From assembly GCA_965237955.1 (NCBI GenBank), contig OZ250169.1:2944001-3008000 (forward strand): a stretch of 64,000 nt of DNA, in the 5' to 3' direction. A model generated the notes under the pieces. It was not told where the DNA came from, ran no database searches, and was given only the letters and a program-made list of their open reading frames with translations. The stretch is from Candidatus Marinacidobacterales bacterium (GTDB lineage: Bacteria > Acidobacteriota > Vicinamibacteria > Marinacidobacterales > SMYC01). A program made the translations under genes and the position numbers. Positions 44,000-54,914 of the stretch are shown here, one piece after another (position 1 is the first letter of the stretch; every line of letters starts with the position of its first letter).

Positions 44000-44221
44000 T
44001 CAGAACCATCGCTTCACGAGATTCGCGATAAGCGTCAAGACGACCGATGCAAGGACCATCGACGTGATAGGGATGAACACGCGCGTGTTTTCTCCATGGT
44101 AGCGAATATCGCCCGGAAGTCGGCCGAACCAAGAAAACCCGCCGTAGTAGACGGCGACACCGACGGCGGCGAGCAGCACGCCAGCGCCAATGATCAGAAG
44201 GCCGAGTGATCGTGGCTCCAT
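44000..44221 (-). CDS. DUF2905 small membrane protein
   Basis: WFGRLPGDI......RVFIPITSM. Confidence 0.85.
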   Translation of the reverse strand: MEPRSLGLLIIGAGVLLAAVGVAVYYGGFSWFGRLPGDIRYHGENTRVFIPITSMVLASVVLTLIANLVKRWF

Positions 44222-44601
44222 CGTCTACCCGAACTCGGAGAGTCTCTCTGTCAGCAAATCGTAGAATCCGTCCTGTGCTCCGCAATAAAGAAGATTGGCC
44301 AGAAGCAGCCGAACATAGCAGGTCTAGAACGCGCAATCAACGCTGGATCGATTTTTTGCGGAGCACACCAGTCGCAAACACAGAAACTATGCTGCTGGTT
44401 TATGGTCTATTTCAAAAGGGCCGAGTTTTGGCACAGGACTGGATCTGGTGAAGCGCGACAAACTGAGTTTGGACCTCCTCTGACGCAGACCTACCCGCCA
44501 GGTCCGCCCGTTGCGGACGCATTCCGGGCCGACTTCGAAGCTGAGAAGGAAAGGCTTGCGCGAGAGCTCGGGCCCGCGCCGCCCACCTAGGGTGGCCGTC
44601 G

Positions 44602-45360
44602 CTACCGACGAATGATCTGCTGCTTCAGGAGCGCGTCGACGGCGACGACGAGATTCTCGAAAGGCTGCTCCGTACTCGGCGCGGGTTGCAGCCGTCCTTC
44701 GCGATCGATTAGGTAGTTGGCGGGGTATCGCGCCGTCGTCTGATAAATCTCGGGGACGTCCCCCTCGATCGTCAGAAGGGGGTAGCTCACCGACAGGACG
44801 TTTTCTTCGAAGTTGAGCTGCGTTTCGAGGTCCTCTGTGGAGAGGCCGAAGACCATGAATCCCTGTTTCTTGCGTTCCTGATAGAGCTTGTCGAGACCCG
44901 GCATTTCCTTGCGGCACGGCGGACACCAGGTCGCCCAAACGTTTACGAGCACGACCTTTCCTCCATGCTCGTCGAGACGATGAGTGTTGCCGTGGATGTC
45001 CGCCGTCGAGAAAGGCGGCGCCTCGACGTCACTGAGCGCCAGATTCCGCGCCTGCGTAGCGCGCTCGACGACGCCTCGAATCGGAAGGAACACGAGACCG
45101 AGCGACAAAATGCCGAGCATCAGGCCCACCTTGCTCACGGTTGAGAAGGCTCCTTTGCGGTGGTCGGCGAGCGCGAGGACGAGAGTGATGATGCTCGGCA
45201 AGGCCATCGCGATCGCGACTATGGAGAGACGGAAGACGAAGTCGGCGTCCCTGTCGGCGCTCGCGCGCGTCAGGCTCCGATAGACGAACAGGCCAAGACC
45301 CGCTGCCGCAAAGGGCGACGCGACGCCGGCCCATAGAGTCCGAAAGTACAGCTTCGACAT
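44602..45360 (-). CDS. Membrane-anchored TlpA disulfide reductase
   Basis: Three TM helices, GKVVLVNVWATWCPPC. Confidence 0.88.
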   Translation of the reverse strand: MSKLYFRTLWAGVASPFAAAGLGLFVYRSLTRASADRDADFVFRLSIVAIAMALPSIITLVLALADHRKGAFSTVSKVGLMLGILSLGLVFLPIRGVVERATQARNLALSDVEAPPFSTADIHGNTHRLDEHGGKVVLVNVWATWCPPCRKEMPGLDKLYQERKKQGFMVFGLSTEDLETQLNFEENVLSVSYPLLTIEGDVPEIYQTTARYPANYLIDREGRLQPAPSTEQPFENLVVAVDALLKQQIIRR

Positions 45361-45637
45361 AACGAAGCCATTCTAGCGTGAGACGGTTCGGTAGCGTGCT
45401 AGGGTATTGTCAGGTGCTATCAAGTTGAGACGGCGACTGACACAATGAGCCGATGAACAGCCAGCCATCCCGCTACCACATTAATAAGGGGCAATGCCGT
45501 TCGCCGAATGATGGAGGCCAAAAGCGAGCGTGGCAGTAGCCGCGGGTTGGCTTTACAGGCGTGGCCTACCTTAAAGCGTTGCGACGAGGGCGCGTTGCTA
45601 GCCGGTCTTGAGTTCGTTTGTATTTTTGGACACGACG

Positions 45638-45903
45638 GCGATGAGCCTTCGGTGCCAAGCCAGAAGGGTTTCCGGTGTGACGATACCGGCGACTTCTGCC
45701 AAGAGTTTCCGGCCAAGCGCCTTACCCTTTACCGCGAGCCGACGTCGCTCGTCGTCTGTGAGACGAAGCTTCCTCCCGCAGAGCCGAGCTTTGAGGATTT
45801 TGTTCTCCTCGAGCAAGTAGACGATAGCGGCCTGATGGTCACGCTGGAGCCAACCAGCGATGGCGACGACCAACAAGGTCAAGGGCTGGACCGGCGTGCT
45901 CAT
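45638..45903 (-). pseudogene. B-type rve transposase N-terminal fragment between two B ends
   Basis: IAGWLQR...YLLEENKIL...LTDDERRRLAVK; homologous to 4401-5471. Confidence 0.8.
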
Positions 45904-46021
45904 GACCGAGGATTCTAGCTCCCATTGGCCAATCAAACGTAGATACGTCTATTCCGAAACGTCCCGGCGGGCCGGTCTTGAGTTCGTTTGTGTTTTTGGA
46001 CACGACGCCCTACCGCAGTCC

Positions 46022-46453
46022 TCAGACTTGGAAGCTACCATGCTGGGCGCGACCCCGAACTAACTTTCGAATGTGTCGCTTGTCGTAGTATCGTCCGATA
46101 CCGATACCAGGACAGTGCTCTCGCGCCGTGTTCCACTGTGAACGAGTAGCGATTGGCGAGTCTTTGCCCGGCGTGAAGGGGAAGTTCCGGCACTGCGTCG
46201 GCCGCACGTCGTAGATCCCACAGCCCTTCGTTCTCGGATCCAGGAATACGCAGGTGCCCGAAGCCTCCGATAGAACGCGATGGTCGCCACGTTCCTCAAT
46301 CGCCCACGCAACCCCAGCCGTCTGCAACCGACCCACATCGCGCTTGCTCAAAAAGACGCCCTCGACGTCACCCTTGCCGAACATTGACTGTGAGCAGCAG
46401 TGACCGCAGTCTGGTTGGCACTCGAATCTCAAACCTTTCTTAATCCATCTCAT
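46022..46453 (-). CDS. YkgJ family cysteine-cluster protein (probable cassette gene)
   Basis: FECQPDCGHCC, CVFLD...C.IY..RP.QCR.FPF, CPGIG. Confidence 0.85.
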   Translation of the reverse strand: MRWIKKGLRFECQPDCGHCCSQSMFGKGDVEGVFLSKRDVGRLQTAGVAWAIEERGDHRVLSEASGTCVFLDPRTKGCGIYDVRPTQCRNFPFTPGKDSPIATRSQWNTAREHCPGIGIGRYYDKRHIRKLVRGRAQHGSFQV

Positions 46454-46540
46454 TCCATGTACCGCGCAGTCGCCGCTCGGAGCTCCCGACTCGGACCCCT
46501 CATTCGTCCTCTTGCGCTCCGACTGGCATGAACAGCATCC

Positions 46541-46639
46541 AAATAACGAACCGGGGAGTTGCGGCCGGGGGCCGGGCAAAAGAGACAGACTACAGCTAAT
46601 GCAGTGCGCCCGGCCGTCAGCTTCAATGGCGCGTTAGAA
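46541..46639 (-). other. Integron attC site (somewhat degenerate)
   Basis: Minus strand TTCTAAC overlapping the stop codon, inner stem CGGCCGGG/CCCGGCCG, terminal GTTATTT; cassette begins with GTTAGAA at 46974, the exact complement of TTCTAAC. Confidence 0.7.
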
Positions 46640-46945
46640 TGCCCCCTGCCACATGCCGTCGTCATATGACTCCATCGTGGTTTTTAGCCGCTCATAGAGA
46701 TGGTCGAGTTCCTTTTGGAGCTTCTTGTCATCCGTGTGATTTGCTTCCGCCGCGATGTAGCCAATTATCTCATCCAGATCATCCAGAGTCAGCTTAACGA
46801 TGAGTTTCTTACCTTTGACCACCGCCATCCGTAGAGGGCCAGTGACCTCGGGCCCACCCATAGCATGCTCCAGTATGAGACTCCTTTGCCGTGGTGTAAT
46901 GGCGACTTCAATGGGTTGGCCGTATTCGATCTTCTGTCGGTTCAT
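46634..46945 (-). CDS. Hypothetical cassette protein
   Basis: ORF lies between the GTTAGAA core and the attC; lower GC. Confidence 0.7.
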   Translation of the reverse strand: MNRQKIEYGQPIEVAITPRQRSLILEHAMGGPEVTGPLRMAVVKGKKLIVKLTLDDLDEIIGYIAAEANHTDDKKLQKELDHLYERLKTTMESYDDGMWQGAF

Positions 46946-47241
46946 GATTTGCTGAGACTTCGGGTCGTTCTAACGTTCTACCGCCTAAGTATTGTATCTG
47001 GCGCACGGGGAACCAGAAAGAGGTAGGCAGGTAACTCGCGTTACAGTGATTCCCATGGCGTGAACCGCCCCGGGTTTTCCAGGAGACTGTTTTAGTTGAG
47101 TCTCGCCATCTATGTCGAATCCTAGAGGCGTTCTCAAAACTCGCGGAGACCAGCCGACGCGGCACTGGCTCTGCGATAGGCGACCCCGAGCAGACCTCTC
47201 CTGCAGACCATCCGTTTCGTCCAGCTGGCGCGCCCGAACTC

Positions 47242-47651
47242 CTATGCGGCGTCGCGGTGGTAATAGCTGAGCAAGCCGCCCAATCGCTTACGACATCGCA
47301 CCTTCCCGTGAGGACTGCCGACGCATTCTTCCGCTTCGAGCAACGCGTTCCCAAGCCCTTGATGGTTGCGCTCTCCGTGATAATGATGGATGAACTCAGC
47401 GACGGCACGGCGCAGCGATTGCTCACTGAAGAAGATCATCCGCTCCAAGCACTCGCTCTTGATCGACAAAACAAACCTTTCGACATAAGCGTTCAGATTC
47501 GGCGAACGGTGCGGCAGCCGAATGACGTCCGTTCCGGCGTGCTCGAGCAAATCGCGAAACTCTGTGGTGAACTTCTTGTCGCGGTCCAGGATGAGGAATC
47601 GCTTGCCGCGCAGAAAGCCGTCGAATGGGTCGGTGAGATTCCGACCGGCCT
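47242..47651 (-). pseudogene. rve transposase C-terminal fragment
   Basis: [42 protein letters not shown]. Confidence 0.85.
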
Positions 47652-48279
47652 CGTCGTGTCCAAAAATACAAACGAACTCTAAGACCCACGCGTCGGGCCG
47701 TCGCCGAGTTCATCTATCATTATTGTGGAGAGCTCAACCATCAAGGTGTGCCTTCTATTTATTCATCCGCGCGCACCGAACTTGATTAGTCTCCGGTCTG
47801 CCGGGACCATGCCGGCATGATTTCGTCGTTTGTTCGCGCTCTCGTCTCTGCCTTCAAGGCTCGTCGCGAGCTGGCTCTCGAGAATGTCGCTCTTCGGCAG
47901 CAGCTCGCCGTCTTCCGCCGTTCGGTGAAACGGACGCGGCTCTCGAATGTCGACCGCGAGTTTTGGGTGCTGTTGCGGGTACTTCCGCCATTAAAGTGTT
48001 GGTGAGATGACGCTAAGACTTTACGCTGCATTAAATTACAGCCGAAATAGCGCTCGCGACCTTCGCCGCGCGCTAAATGGAGCGTAAGCGGCTTTTTTGC
48101 AAAGGGATACGTACACATCACCAACAGCAAATAGCGCAAGCACCAAACAGTCGCACGAGCGAGCCTCTCCACGTTACCTAAGACGCCGGTGGCGTCGTCG
48201 GGTCAACCGGCACGAAGCAGCCGAGCATGGCAGGTCTAAACCGCGCAATCAACGCCGGATCGACTTTTTGCGGAGCACA

Positions 48280-48478
48280 GCTCTTGTGGACGTACTTGTC
48301 GGGCACAAATAGCCGCCGGATCCGCAAAGCGCTGAAACCACTGCTCGGTGAGGAGCACCTATCGAAGAGCGCGGTGTCTCGCATGGTTAGTCGTCTGAAG
48401 GTGTGCTTCGAAGAATGGCAGAACCGTGATCTCAGCGAGGAGGTCTATGCGATCGTTTACCTGGACGGCTTTCACCTC
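48280..48478 (+). pseudogene. IS256 family transposase internal fragment
   Basis: YLSGTNSRRI...LSKSAVSR...W..RDL...IVYLDG. Confidence 0.75.
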
Positions 48479-48490
48479 ATCTGGGGGCAT

Positions 48491-48640
48491 TCAAGCCACC
48501 TTGTGCTGACGGTGCAGACGTCGGCGCTCGTTCAGGGTTTGCTGCTTGATTTTGTGGCTCATACGCAGGATGTTCGTTCCGCGACCGTAATACACGTCGG
48601 TCGTCGTTAGGTTGTTCAAACTCTCGTGGTAGCGAATACG
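48491..48640 (-). pseudogene. IS3 family OrfB C-terminal fragment
   Basis: RYHESLNNLT..DVYYGRG..IL....IKQQTL. Confidence 0.65.
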
Positions 48641-48659
48641 AAAGCGGAGAGGGGGAGTT

Positions 48660-49109
48660 ATGAAGACACGCTGGGCGACGGGTAGCGATGTCGGGCCTGA
48701 TGTGCTCGAGCGGCTGCATTGCAGCCTAACGGTTGACATGATAATGACCCGTCGCGCCCGCTTGCAGGTCTGCCGGCCCGACGAGACCGCGCGTGCAGTC
48801 ATGGCCAGGAACATACACAATTTCAGTTTTCTGCCCGTGGTGGACGAGACCGGGCGCATCCTGGGCCTCTATCAGGCGGAGCGATGGTTCGGCAAGGAAG
48901 CGCCGCAACAGCTGATCGGCGATGATTTCGAACCGTTCTCCGAAGAGTTCGTGATCCGTGCCGACGCGAGCATCGTTGACTTCGTGACGAGGGCTGATCA
49001 ACGCCCGACGCGGCTCGTCGTCTCGGGTGTTCGGGTCGCCGGTCTAGTCAGCCTGTCGGACCTACAACAGCTTCCCGTCCTGTGCCAAAACTCGGCCCTC
49101 TTGAAATAG
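48660..49109 (+). pseudogene. CBS-domain protein truncated by the A end at 49076
   Basis: TVDMIMT, FSFLPVVDE.GRILG, GLVSLSDL. Confidence 0.75.
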
Positions 49110-49177
49110 ACCACAAATCAGCAGCTTAGACGCCCTTGGAATCCGCCGACCCTTGGGCTGCGTGGCGAGCTACGGGC

Positions 49178-49687
49178 CTGTTCTTGGCCGGTTGCGGCGA
49201 TGGCGGCAGCAACAGCCCAACGCAATCGACTCCGCCACCGCCTCCGCCGATACCATCTGCTGTAGTTCAGGCTACGGGCAGCGGCACCATCACGATTCAC
49301 CCCAGCATTGATAGAAGATTCTTCTTCGCATTTAAGTATCCGATACGGGTTCGCGAGACTGGAGGAGGCACGGCAACGTGGAATTTCTTCCGTGTCTCGT
49401 TCTTCAACAACGCCAGAGAAGTAGAACGCTATGAATTGACTGCTAACGATATTAGGTCGGCAGGATATAGCGATATCGCCGCACGCTCAGATCAAACAAT
49501 TGAAATCACTGCACGATCCAACGTGAGAGCAGGGGGGTTTGACGACATCCAGCTTCTGACAGAATTCGCCGACAAGAAGGACGGAACCGTTCAGCAAAGC
49601 AATATAAGTTTGGGCAGCTTTGATGGTGTGCGCGTTTCTCTCACGCCTGCATTGCTGCCGGATGGGTTTACAATCGAACAGAAGTAA
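49178..49687 (+). pseudogene. Lipoprotein, 5'-truncated
   Basis: LAGC lipobox and Pro-rich linker; native start replaced by the A-end leader. Confidence 0.55.
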
Positions 49688-50484
49688 CCGAGTGTAGACC
49701 CTTGCCTGTTGCTGGTGGCTCCGTTTTATGGATTTCAAACTGAGACACTACCGGCTCGTTGGAGGAGGCAGCAAGAAATCTGGACTCCCCCGCCATCCCC
49801 GTCCTGTGCCAAAACTCGGCCCAGCCGGCATCGACGAAAGAACTGCGCCTCTCGAAATCAGGCTAAAACTCTAGCATGCGAACAGGTTACGCGGCGGAGA
49901 TTCCGTAGAGAACTCGTTTCAGCAGAAGATCATTCACCTCACCGCCGTGGCTCACCGCCTCGTAGCAGCGAAGCGGAATCTCTCCTCCCTCGATGCTCCG
50001 AACCCGTGGCACACGGATCGGTACCCGCTGGCCGCCAAGCCCGTCCTGTCCAAAAACACAAACGAACTCAAGACTGGCGCGCCGGGACGTTTCGGATCAG
50101 AGACGTCTGAGGCTTGGTTGGCCAATGGAAGCTAGAATCCTCGGTCATGAGGAGGCAGAGCCAGCCCTGAACCTTGTTGGTCGTCGCCATCGCTGGCTGG
50201 CTCCAGCGTGACCAACAGGCCGCTACCGTTTGTGTTTTTGGACACGACGGGTTCCAGCTTGTACCGCCGTGTGCTGGTGCCCGCCACGGTCCACGGAGTC
50301 CGGGAACTCGCCTGGGTCTACACGGTCGAGGCGACCCGGATCAAACGGTGCCGGATCGTATCCGGCTGCTGGCCGAAGTAACACGCTCACTGTCCAGTAG
50401 AAAACACAGACACTGCTGATTTGTGGCCTATTTCAAAAGGGCCTAGTTTTGGCACAGGACGGGTGAATCCTCAATCCTGAATCC

Positions 50485-51969
50485 TCAATCCTTCCCCCGC
50501 GGCAACAAAGTCCGCGGGTTCTCCACCACCCCCACCGGGCGGCAGTTCGGGCAGTTGTCCGGACCATCGCCCAGCTCCGCGCGGGCGTCGTCGAGATACC
50601 CCGACAACCGCGCCACCACGTCGGGGTTTCCCGCCGCGACGTCGGTCGTCTCCCCGATGTCCGCTTCCAGATCGTAGAGCACCCCGTCTTTCGCGTCGAG
50701 CTTCCATTGCCCCGAGCGGACGGCCCGCAACTCGTAGCCCGCGTAGTAGTAGAACGCCTCGTGCGGCGACTGCGCGCCTTCCTCCCCGAGCAACAACGCC
50801 GAGATGTCCTTCCCGTCAATGATCCGCTCAGCCGGAGCCTGGCTCCCCGCCAGTCCGGCGAGGGTCGGCATCAGGTCCATCGTCGTGGCCATCTCGTCGA
50901 CGACCGTGCCCGCCGACACGTGGCCCGGCCACCACGCCAGCGTCGGCTCCCGCATGCCGCCCTCCCAGGTGCTGCCCTTGCCGCCGCGCAGCGGCGTGTT
51001 CACGGAGCCTCGGGATGCGCCGTTGTCCGAGGTGAACAGCACCAGCGTGTCGCCGGCCAGCTCCAGCTCCCGCAACGTGTCGAGGATTCGGCCCACGCTC
51101 CAGTCCACCTCCTCGATCTGGGCCCGCGTGCGCCGCTCGACCTCGAAGTCAAAGGGCTCCCGGATCACGCTGTCCCAGTCGATCTGCTCACCTTCCTGAA
51201 ACCCCAGAAACTCCCTCCGAGCGCCGCGCGGATGGTGGATGAACGCATGAGGTAGATACACGAAGAACGGCCCGTCTTTGTTGCGGCGAATGAAATCCAC
51301 CGCCGCGTCGGTGAACTGCTGGCAAAGCAGCCCCTGGTCCTCCATGTCCGCTATCCGGCCCACCACCTCGCCGTCGCGCATCAGCGGGAGTGGCGGGAAG
51401 TTCCATTTGTCGCTATCGCTGCTGAATCGCGGGTGTTTCGGCCACATGTCGTTCGAGTACGGAATGCCGTAGTACTCGTCGAACCCCTGAGCGGTAGGCA
51501 GGAACTCGGGTTGATCCCCGAGGTGCCACTTCCCGAAGCCCCCGGTCGCGTAGCCCGCCTCCCGCAATACCTCCGCGATGGTCACCTCCGACGGATGCAG
51601 CCCCCACCGGTCCCCCGGAAACAGTGTGGCGAACTGCGATCCCCACGCCAGTCCCACCCGTTTCGGATAGGAGCCGGTCAAAAGCGCCGCCCGCGACGGC
51701 GTACACAACGGAGCCGCCGCGTAGAACGACGTCAGCTTCATCCCCTCGGCCGCCATCCGGTCCAGGTGCGGCGTTCGATTCACCGTCGAGCCGAACGGTC
51801 CGATATCCCCGTAGCCCATGTCGTCGATGAAGATCACCACGAAGTTGGGAGGCCGCTCCGGCGCCGGCGCCACCCCGCAAGCGCCCATCACTCCAACCAC
51901 CAGCAGCAGTCCCCCCAGCATCTTTCTGAATCGCACGATCCTGACTCCACTGTTGTTCGTGATGCTCAC
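50485..51969 (-). CDS. Arylsulfatase-family sulfatase
   Basis: IFIDDMGYGD, CTPSRAALLTG, GKWHLG, FTSDNG. Confidence 0.92.
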   Translation of the reverse strand: MSITNNSGVRIVRFRKMLGGLLLVVGVMGACGVAPAPERPPNFVVIFIDDMGYGDIGPFGSTVNRTPHLDRMAAEGMKLTSFYAAAPLCTPSRAALLTGSYPKRVGLAWGSQFATLFPGDRWGLHPSEVTIAEVLREAGYATGGFGKWHLGDQPEFLPTAQGFDEYYGIPYSNDMWPKHPRFSSDSDKWNFPPLPLMRDGEVVGRIADMEDQGLLCQQFTDAAVDFIRRNKDGPFFVYLPHAFIHHPRGARREFLGFQEGEQIDWDSVIREPFDFEVERRTRAQIEEVDWSVGRILDTLRELELAGDTLVLFTSDNGASRGSVNTPLRGGKGSTWEGGMREPTLAWWPGHVSAGTVVDEMATTMDLMPTLAGLAGSQAPAERIIDGKDISALLLGEEGAQSPHEAFYYYAGYELRAVRSGQWKLDAKDGVLYDLEADIGETTDVAAGNPDVVARLSGYLDDARAELGDGPDNCPNCRPVGVVENPRTLLPRGKD

Positions 51970-52292
51970 GTGACCTCCAGCCAGAACCCGTCCTGTGCCA
52001 AAACCTCGGCCCTTTTGAAATAGACCATTAATCAGCAGCTTAGTGTCTGTACTACCTGCGAGAGGAGATTCGGTTGCGTCGTGTCCGAAAATGCGAACGG
52101 AGCCAGAAAGCTCGAATCCTAGAGGCGTTCTCGAAATTTGCAGAGACCAGCCGACGGGGCACTGGCTCTGCGATAGGCGCTCCCGAGCAGACCTCTCATT
52201 CTAGCTCCTATTGCCAACCGAGCCTAGACACGTCTCATCCGAAACGTCCCGGCGCGCCGATCTTGAGTTCGTTTGTGTTTTTGGACACGACG

Positions 52293-53250
52293 GGTGTGAG
52301 GAGCTCGTTGCCGAGACCTTGGTGGTTCCGTTCTGTGTGATAGTGCACTACGTATTCGGTTACCGCTGTGCGCAGGTGTCGCTCACTGAGAGGTACGAAG
52401 CGGTCGAGACACTCTCGACGTATGGAGAGAACGAATCTTTCCGCATATGCGTTCAGATTCGGACTATTAGCGGGAAGGCGAAGAGGCTTCACGCCTGAAT
52501 CTCTCAACAGCCCACGTACCGCCTCGGTGAATAGCGGGTCCCGGTCGTGGATGAGGTATCGCTTGCCAAGGAGGAAACCATCGCATGTCAGTGAGGTTTC
52601 TTGCCACCTGCTTCATCCACTCCCCGTTGGGGTCCGAACCGCCTCGATGGTCCGGTGGAACGACTCGCAAAACTTCGAGTCCCGGTCGTGAATGAGGTAT
52701 CGACTTGAGGACACAAAGCCGACATCTGCCATGGTTACGTTGCGAGCCACTTGAGTCATCCACTGTTCGTTCGGATGCGACGTGATGCCGGCGACGTGGA
52801 CTCGACGGGTAGCCAGGTGTATGAAGAACAGAACGTAGTACGTCACCAACCCGCCCTGAGTCCACACTTCCGTGGTAAAGAAATCTGTCGCCGCGAGGAC
52901 GTCCATGTGCGAGCGGATGAACTCCCTCCACGTCGTGTTCTTCCGACGCTCTGGTGCGAGCGGAATGCCGTGGCGTTTCAGAATGTTACCGACGGTTTGG
53001 TCGGCCACTTCATGCCCGAGGTTGGCTAGCGCTCCGGCAATCCGGTCGTAACCCCAGGACTTGTTCTCCTTGGCGAGACGCACCACTAGCTCTTCGATGT
53101 TCGGCGTCGACCCGCGGTCTCCCTGTATACGGACGGTTCTTGGAGCCATCGGCTACCATCAGGTCCTGCACCCAATCCTAAATCTCCAGCCGCGCCCACT
53201 TCTCCAGCGACTCCCAAGCCACCCTTGACGAGCTCCGTCGTCTTGTGGTC
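52293..53250 (-). pseudogene. Chimeric rve transposase remnants
   Basis: 52293-52636 matches the A-type transposase; 52637-53100 is a diverged paralogue (ENKSWGYDRI, ATDFFT, LIHDRD). Confidence 0.8.
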
Positions 53251-53359
53251 TTTTCCTTCATGGCGGTGTCTCCTTCCGTAGGTCCCTTCAGGCCGTGTTC
53301 GACGACGCGGAAGGTTACTCCACCTTTACTCTATTTCCACATCTTCTGAGGGTAGCTCT

Positions 53360-54730
53360 ATGGACATCGTCCTTGCCTTTAGCGCGTTGTGCGTCTTGCT
53401 GGTGGTCGGCAAGATCCTGCGAGTTACGATCCGCCTGTTCCAGAAGCTTTACCTGCCGGCATCGGTGATCGGTGGTCTGCTTGGGCTGGCGCTCGTGCAG
53501 ACGATCGGTGGCTTCCTACCCGAAGCGACGACGGCGGGCTGGACTCGGCTGCCAGGATTCCTCATCAACATCGTCTTTGCGGCCCTCTTCCTGGGAGTCT
53601 TCATTCCACCGATCAGACGCATCTGGGGGATCGCCGGACCGCAGTTGGCGTACGGTCAAATCGTGGCCTGGGGCCAATACGTCGTCGGCCTTGGGGTGGC
53701 GGTCGTGCTTCTAACACCGGTTTTTGACATCCCGGGGGCCATCGGCACCATCATTCCGGTCGGCTTCGAGGGTGGGCACGGCACGGCCGCTGGTCTGGAG
53801 CCGGTCTTCGATGCCTATGCCTGGCCCGAGGGCAGGGACCTAGCCCTCACGTCGGCGACCTGCGGCGTCCTGTTTGCCATCATCGTCGGGATGGCTCTCG
53901 TCAACTGGGCGGCGCGCCGGGGCTACACCCAGCAACTGAAGCGCATTGAGGACATGCCCGAGAGCAGTATCGTAGGCGTCTACGACCCAGCCGAACGGCC
54001 GAGCGCCGGGAGCCAGACCGTGTCGGCGGCGTCAATCGACAGCCTCAGCTTCCATCTCGCCATCATCGGTCTCGGTGTCTTCATTGGCTATCTGATCCAC
54101 AGCGGCTTGGTGCGCGTTGAGCTCCTGGTGCGGTCTCCAAGCGCCGACGGTCGCGCCTTTTTCGACAGTTTCCCGCTCTTTCCGCTGTGCATGATCGGTG
54201 GTCTGGTGGTGCAGGTCTTTTTCGCCAACTTCACCAAGCGCAATCCGCTCGACCATCGTCTCATGCAGCGCCTCTCGGGCACCGCCATGGATTTCCTGGT
54301 GGTGGCTGCGATCTCGACCATCAATGTGGAGGTGGTGCTGGGGGGGCTCGTGCCCTTGGCGATCCTGGTTGCCGCCGGGGTGCTGTGGAACGTCTTCTGC
54401 GTGGTGTGGCTGGCGCGTCGCCTCTTGCCAGCGGATTCGTGGTTCGAGCGCTCGATCGCCGAAATGGGGCAATCGATGGGCGTCACCGCCACCGGCCTCT
54501 TGCTGTTGCGCGTCGTAGATCCCGAGGGCGACACGGACGCCACCTCGGCCTTCGGTTACAAGCAGCTCATGCACGAGCCGTTCATGGGCGGCGGGCTGTG
54601 GACCAGCGCCGCCATTCCGCTGGCGCTCGCCTACAATCCGGTGTTGGTTCTAGGCATCAGCGCCGGGGCGGTAGCGCTCTGGTTGCTGGTGTGGGCGCTG
54701 TTGTTTCGCGGTCGGCTCGGCCTCGAGTGA
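53360..54730 (+). CDS. Sodium/glutamate symporter (GltS family)
   Basis: LPASVIGG, GFEGGHGTAAG, GQSMGVTATG; multiple TM helices. Confidence 0.85.
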   Translation: MDIVLAFSALCVLLVVGKILRVTIRLFQKLYLPASVIGGLLGLALVQTIGGFLPEATTAGWTRLPGFLINIVFAALFLGVFIPPIRRIWGIAGPQLAYGQIVAWGQYVVGLGVAVVLLTPVFDIPGAIGTIIPVGFEGGHGTAAGLEPVFDAYAWPEGRDLALTSATCGVLFAIIVGMALVNWAARRGYTQQLKRIEDMPESSIVGVYDPAERPSAGSQTVSAASIDSLSFHLAIIGLGVFIGYLIHSGLVRVELLVRSPSADGRAFFDSFPLFPLCMIGGLVVQVFFANFTKRNPLDHRLMQRLSGTAMDFLVVAAISTINVEVVLGGLVPLAILVAAGVLWNVFCVVWLARRLLPADSWFERSIAEMGQSMGVTATGLLLLRVVDPEGDTDATSAFGYKQLMHEPFMGGGLWTSAAIPLALAYNPVLVLGISAGAVALWLLVWALLFRGRLGLE

Positions 54731-54914
54731 ATCGGCACCGGCGGGCGTGGGGTAGGTGCCTAGTGGAGCAATCCACAAGGAGCGCCGCCCCCCGTCTTGT
54801 GCCAAAACCTCGGCCCTTTTGAAATAGACCATAAATCAGCAGCTTAGTGTCTATGTTTGCGACCGGGCCAAGGCGACGCAAGGGTCTTGAGTTCGTTTGT
54901 ATTTTTGGACACGA

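Larger units (their letters stand above)
11929..48010. repeat. Type D end family (GGTGCTTCCGCCATYAAGTGTTGGT), 7 copies
   Basis: Plus at 11929, 34613, 37701, 47978; minus termini at 30176, 31900, 35139. Confidence 0.85.
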
